Shown: piece by piece, positions 61,108 to 64,000 of the stretch
Position numbering within the stretch: the stretch's first letter is position 1
How the letters are laid out: each line of letters starts with the position of its first letter
NCBI GenBank assembly: GCA_964606695.1
Contig: CAZSHG010000007.1
Span: 2,456-66,455 of the forward strand
DNA length: 64,000 nt
Direction of reading: 5' to 3'
From: an uncultured bacterium
GTDB taxonomy: Bacteria; UBP14; UBA6098
Translations under genes and position numbers: made by a program
Notes under the pieces: generated by a model
Seen by the model: the letters and a program-made list of their open reading frames with translations, nothing else
Told to the model about the DNA's origin: nothing
Databases searched by the model: none

Positions 61108-62859
61108 ATGAGACCGAGATATATATACATAATTCTGTTGGGTTTGATATTAGCGTTGACCACGTCGGCTATTAAACTCTATTCGGAGGCTGATAATGCG
61201 ATTTTCCCCGCGTTGAAGGACGAACTCGATCGGTCGATGAAGCAATTGAAAACCGATGAACTCCCCGGACCGTATTACATCCTGTATAAGGCTAATGAAT
61301 CGAGGTCGCTCGGTATTGGTGCGGGTTTCGGCGCGATAACGGCGTTCAATGAAGACCATCGAAGGAGGATAAATATCGATCTGCGCGTAGGGGATTATCA
61401 ATTCGATAACTCTAATTTCGCTAATAATATGCGTTCGTTCGAGTTCTCGATGGGCGGAGATATGTCCTTCGGCACATCTTCCGGATTGCCGCTGGAAAAC
61501 GATTACAATCTCATGCGCCGGGAAATCTGGCTGGCCACCGACCGGGCGTTTAAAGATGCCCACGAGGATTTTTCCAAGAAACGGGCGGCTATGGAAAACG
61601 CCGCAGAAGAACGCGAGAACGCCGACATGACGGAGGAAAAACCGGAAAAATTCTCCGAACCGGAACTGGAATGGAATCCGGACGCCGAATATTGGAAAGG
61701 AATCTGCCGGGACGTTTCCGCCGTATTCGCGGAATACCCTATGATCAAAGAATCCGAAGTTGCGTTATCGACGTCTATGAACAGGGAATATTTCGTCAAT
61801 TCCGAGGGATCCGAAATTATCCAGAATTTCCACAATGCCAGGCTCACGATTTCCGCGAGCGCTCAGAACGAGGAGGGCGAGAATTTCTCGGACAATCGAT
61901 ATTTCGTAGCGGACGACGTGGCAGGATTACCGAAACGCGAGGAACTCATCGCAACTGCGAAAGAGCTGGCTCAGGCCCTCGAAACGCAATCCGAAGCGGA
62001 TTCGATCTCATATTACATCGGGCCGGTGTTGTTCGAAGGACAGGCCGCGGCTGAGTTATGGACGAAAATGGTCGGCCAGAAACTACGCGTGATAAATGAG
62101 CCGGTTTTTGCGGATAAAATGTCGAGTATGGCCTTCGATATAATGAGAACTTCAGACCTGACCGGAAAACTCGATAAGCGCATCATGCCGGAATTCATCG
62201 ACGCCTGGGACGACCCGTCAGCTACCGAGTTCGACGGTGTTCCGCTACATGGAGGCTACAATTACGACGATGAAGGCGTCCGTGGTAGGAAGGTCGAATT
62301 GCTGGAGGACGGCACGGTTGTGGGAGTTATGACGAATCGCGTTCCGTTCAAGGAAATCGAAAATTCAAACGGCCATGCGGGCGGACTAAGCAATTTTTTC
62401 GTGGAAAGTGATAAAGGATTATCGCTTAAGAAACTAAGACAATCGTTTATCGAGGCGTGCGAAGAACAGGGGCTGAAACAGGGCTACATCGTCAGGCGGG
62501 TTAACAGACCGCTTTCCGAGAAGGATATGATGCAGTCGATGATGTCGCGAATGTCCCCAATGATGAGCGGGGGAAACAAGCAGGATGTCGAGATTACGCC
62601 GGTCGAGGTATATCGAGTTGATATCGATTCGGGCGACGAAACGCGGGTATCCGGCGTGATGTTGGAAGGCTTCGGTGTTCGCGCCCTGCGCGACATTATC
62701 GCGGTGGGGGAAGATCCCGAGGTTTTCGATGTGCCGGACTTTTCGGGGAATATTGTAACGGCGATAACTCCAGCGGTGCTGTTCGAGGAGATCGAGATCA
62801 AACCCTCGCCGACCGACCAGGACAAACCGCCAATGTTGCCCGATCCGTTGCACGAGTAG
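61108..62859 (+). CDS. Secreted PmbA/TldE-like partner (TldD/PmbA family, no HExxxH)
   Basis: Signal peptide. N-terminal block paralogous to the upstream gene (IDLRVGDYQFDN vs LDVDLRVGDYKLDN), shared DDEGV and NGHAGG/NGHGRR blocks, and no HExxxH motif. Confidence 0.7.
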   Translation: MRPRYIYIILLGLILALTTSAIKLYSEADNAIFPALKDELDRSMKQLKTDELPGPYYILYKANESRSLGIGAGFGAITAFNEDHRRRINIDLRVGDYQFDNSNFANNMRSFEFSMGGDMSFGTSSGLPLENDYNLMRREIWLATDRAFKDAHEDFSKKRAAMENAAEERENADMTEEKPEKFSEPELEWNPDAEYWKGICRDVSAVFAEYPMIKESEVALSTSMNREYFVNSEGSEIIQNFHNARLTISASAQNEEGENFSDNRYFVADDVAGLPKREELIATAKELAQALETQSEADSISYYIGPVLFEGQAAAELWTKMVGQKLRVINEPVFADKMSSMAFDIMRTSDLTGKLDKRIMPEFIDAWDDPSATEFDGVPLHGGYNYDDEGVRGRKVELLEDGTVVGVMTNRVPFKEIENSNGHAGGLSNFFVESDKGLSLKKLRQSFIEACEEQGLKQGYIVRRVNRPLSEKDMMQSMMSRMSPMMSGGNKQDVEITPVEVYRVDIDSGDETRVSGVMLEGFGVRALRDIIAVGEDPEVFDVPDFSGNIVTAITPAVLFEEIEIKPSPTDQDKPPMLPDPLHE

Positions 62860-63051
62860 GAAATTGTTCTCGTGTAGTTCCGCTTCACGACGCTATTGCT
62901 ACAGGAGCTTTGCAACCCGGTATTCAATCGAAGCAAAGCTCCCTCCGCAATGGAGTTATAAAGCGAGGCCGATGTAGTGATATAAATCGCCCTTTGTCAA
63001 AGGGGGGTAGACGCTTGAGGCCGTAGGCAAGGATTAGGCGGTTCCCCGCGA

Positions 63052-63378
63052 TCAATCACACTCCTGCCCTTCGAAACCGCCGATCATCAACCACCCTTTT
63101 TCATCGCGGAGATATATTTGCCCCTTGCCCCATCCGATTTTAGCGCCTAAATAATAGAAACAGCGGTAGCAAATATCGCCCCACATGAAGGGGTTGTTCG
63201 ATATCTGAACGTCGAAAAGCAGATTCTCATTCTCGAACGGAATCCCGCATTTGTTGCATTTCTCCGAGGGATTGACGTAATACCTTTTCTCCTTTTGAGC
63301 GCGCTCCATATCGGCGTATTTATCGACCAACCCCCGCTCAGTCTTGTCCATTTTGCCTTTTGTTTTATCCTCTTTCAT
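63052..63378 (-). CDS. Hypothetical small protein with a CxxC...CxxC motif
   Basis: 108 aa, CNKCG...CYRC; no recognisable family. Confidence 0.35.
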   Translation of the reverse strand: MKEDKTKGKMDKTERGLVDKYADMERAQKEKRYYVNPSEKCNKCGIPFENENLLFDVQISNNPFMWGDICYRCFYYLGAKIGWGKGQIYLRDEKGWLMIGGFEGQECD

Positions 63379-63574
63379 TTTCTCTCCAATATCATCTCCC
63401 GGAAATCGGGTTGATTGCGGTCATTAAGCGGTCGGTGTTTATCAGGGCGCTGAGGATGTGGGCGTATTCCCCTCGTTCCAACTGTCCTCCGTAGGAACGT
63501 TTTTCCCAACGCTCCGCGTCGAATGCGTTTTTGCTGTCCATATTTCATCTCTATTTAACATGCCTCCTCGATTG

Positions 63575-64000
63575 TTATCTTGCCAGCGTTACCGTTCCTT
63601 CGCATTTGATTCTGCCTTCGGCGCGGATGGTATAGATATAGATTCCCGGGCGCATAGGGGCGCTGGAATCGTCTCTGCCGTCCCATTTGGCGGCCTCTTT
63701 GGCACCACTGCCCGTGGGCACCTCGATATTTCGCACTCGAAGATTGCCGAGGGTGAATATCTTGATTGTGCCGGGCACCTCGCCGAGGCCGGGGAACGTA
63801 AACTCCGCCTCGTCGTTAATCCCGTCGCCGTTCGGGGTGAAGGGGTTGGGGGTGGCGGAACAGAGGTGATAATCCGGCATATCGCATGGGATGGTGATTG
63901 ACCCCGCGTAGAAAGTAATCGCTTTGTGGCCGAGTTCGATGTTGTATTCGCCATTTGGCAAAGACGGGCAGACGAACTTTAGCCATGTGTTATAGAGCGA
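63575..64000 (-). CDS. 3' end of a large secreted protein with a C-terminal FlgD-Ig-like domain (5'-partial; continues beyond the window)
   Basis: NPFTPNGDGINDEAEFTF...IKIFTLGNLRVRNI...WDGRDDSSAPMRPGIYIYTIRAEG; the frame is open to the window edge. Confidence 0.55.
   Translation of the reverse strand, partial: SLYNTWLKFVCPSLPNGEYNIELGHKAITFYAGSITIPCDMPDYHLCSATPNPFTPNGDGINDEAEFTFPGLGEVPGTIKIFTLGNLRVRNIEVPTGSGAKEAAKWDGRDDSSAPMRPGIYIYTIRAEGRIKCEGTVTLAR

Overview
This 64 kb window looks like a contig from an anaerobic, uncultivated bacterium (about 50% GC). That guess rests on the gene content: RNase Y-YmdB, T9SS/FlgD-Ig-like secretion tails, korDABC and cooS. All calls below are made by eye from the ORF translations and raw sequence; no searches were run.

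The centre of the window (26.1-40.6 kb, minus strand) is a strongly conserved translation/transcription block. It runs tRNA-Thr/Tyr/Gly/Thr, a zinc-ribbon ORF, tuf, rpmG, tRNA-Trp, secE, nusG, rplK, rplA, rplJ, rplL, rpoB, rpoC and rpsL.

The flanks carry metabolic genes:
- a split methionine synthase (a separate activation-domain ORF plus the MetH core), an orphan hypD and argF;
- an Rrf2-cupin-ferredoxin-CooS (Ni-CODH) operon;
- glnS;
- tadA placed next to its substrate tRNA-Arg(ACG);
- a minus-strand gene run: korDABC (four-subunit 2-oxoacid:ferredoxin oxidoreductase) and an LbH protein; then cca, arcC and a cyclic-2,3-diphosphoglycerate-synthetase-like gene;
- zapA-rny-ymdB-purC;
- a two-component system with a sigma-54 activator, lying next to a sigma-54-type promoter in front of a Cys-rich ORF and tandem glutamate dehydrogenases;
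- comM;
- a secreted TldD/PmbA-like pair;
- several secreted proteins with FlgD-Ig/T9SS-like C-terminal domains.

Fifteen tRNA genes are present.

The most interesting observations are:
1. Downstream of a canonical gdh sits a GDH paralog in which both conserved active-site lysines are replaced (K to I and K to M). Both are co-transcribed with a duplicated-module Cys-rich small protein, apparently from a sigma-54 promoter next to a dedicated GAF-kinase / NtrC-type regulator pair.
2. A roughly 110-135 nt structured non-coding element occurs twice in opposite orientation (13.7 kb and 46.2 kb).
3. A roughly 21 bp imperfect tandem array of about 9 copies lies next to an HTH gene.
4. Anticodon-stem-loop-like copies of tRNA-Arg(ACG) flank tadA.
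5. A secreted TldD/PmbA-like pair.
6. A cooS operon led by an Fe-S-type Rrf2 regulator, with no cooC, cooF or cooA in this locus.
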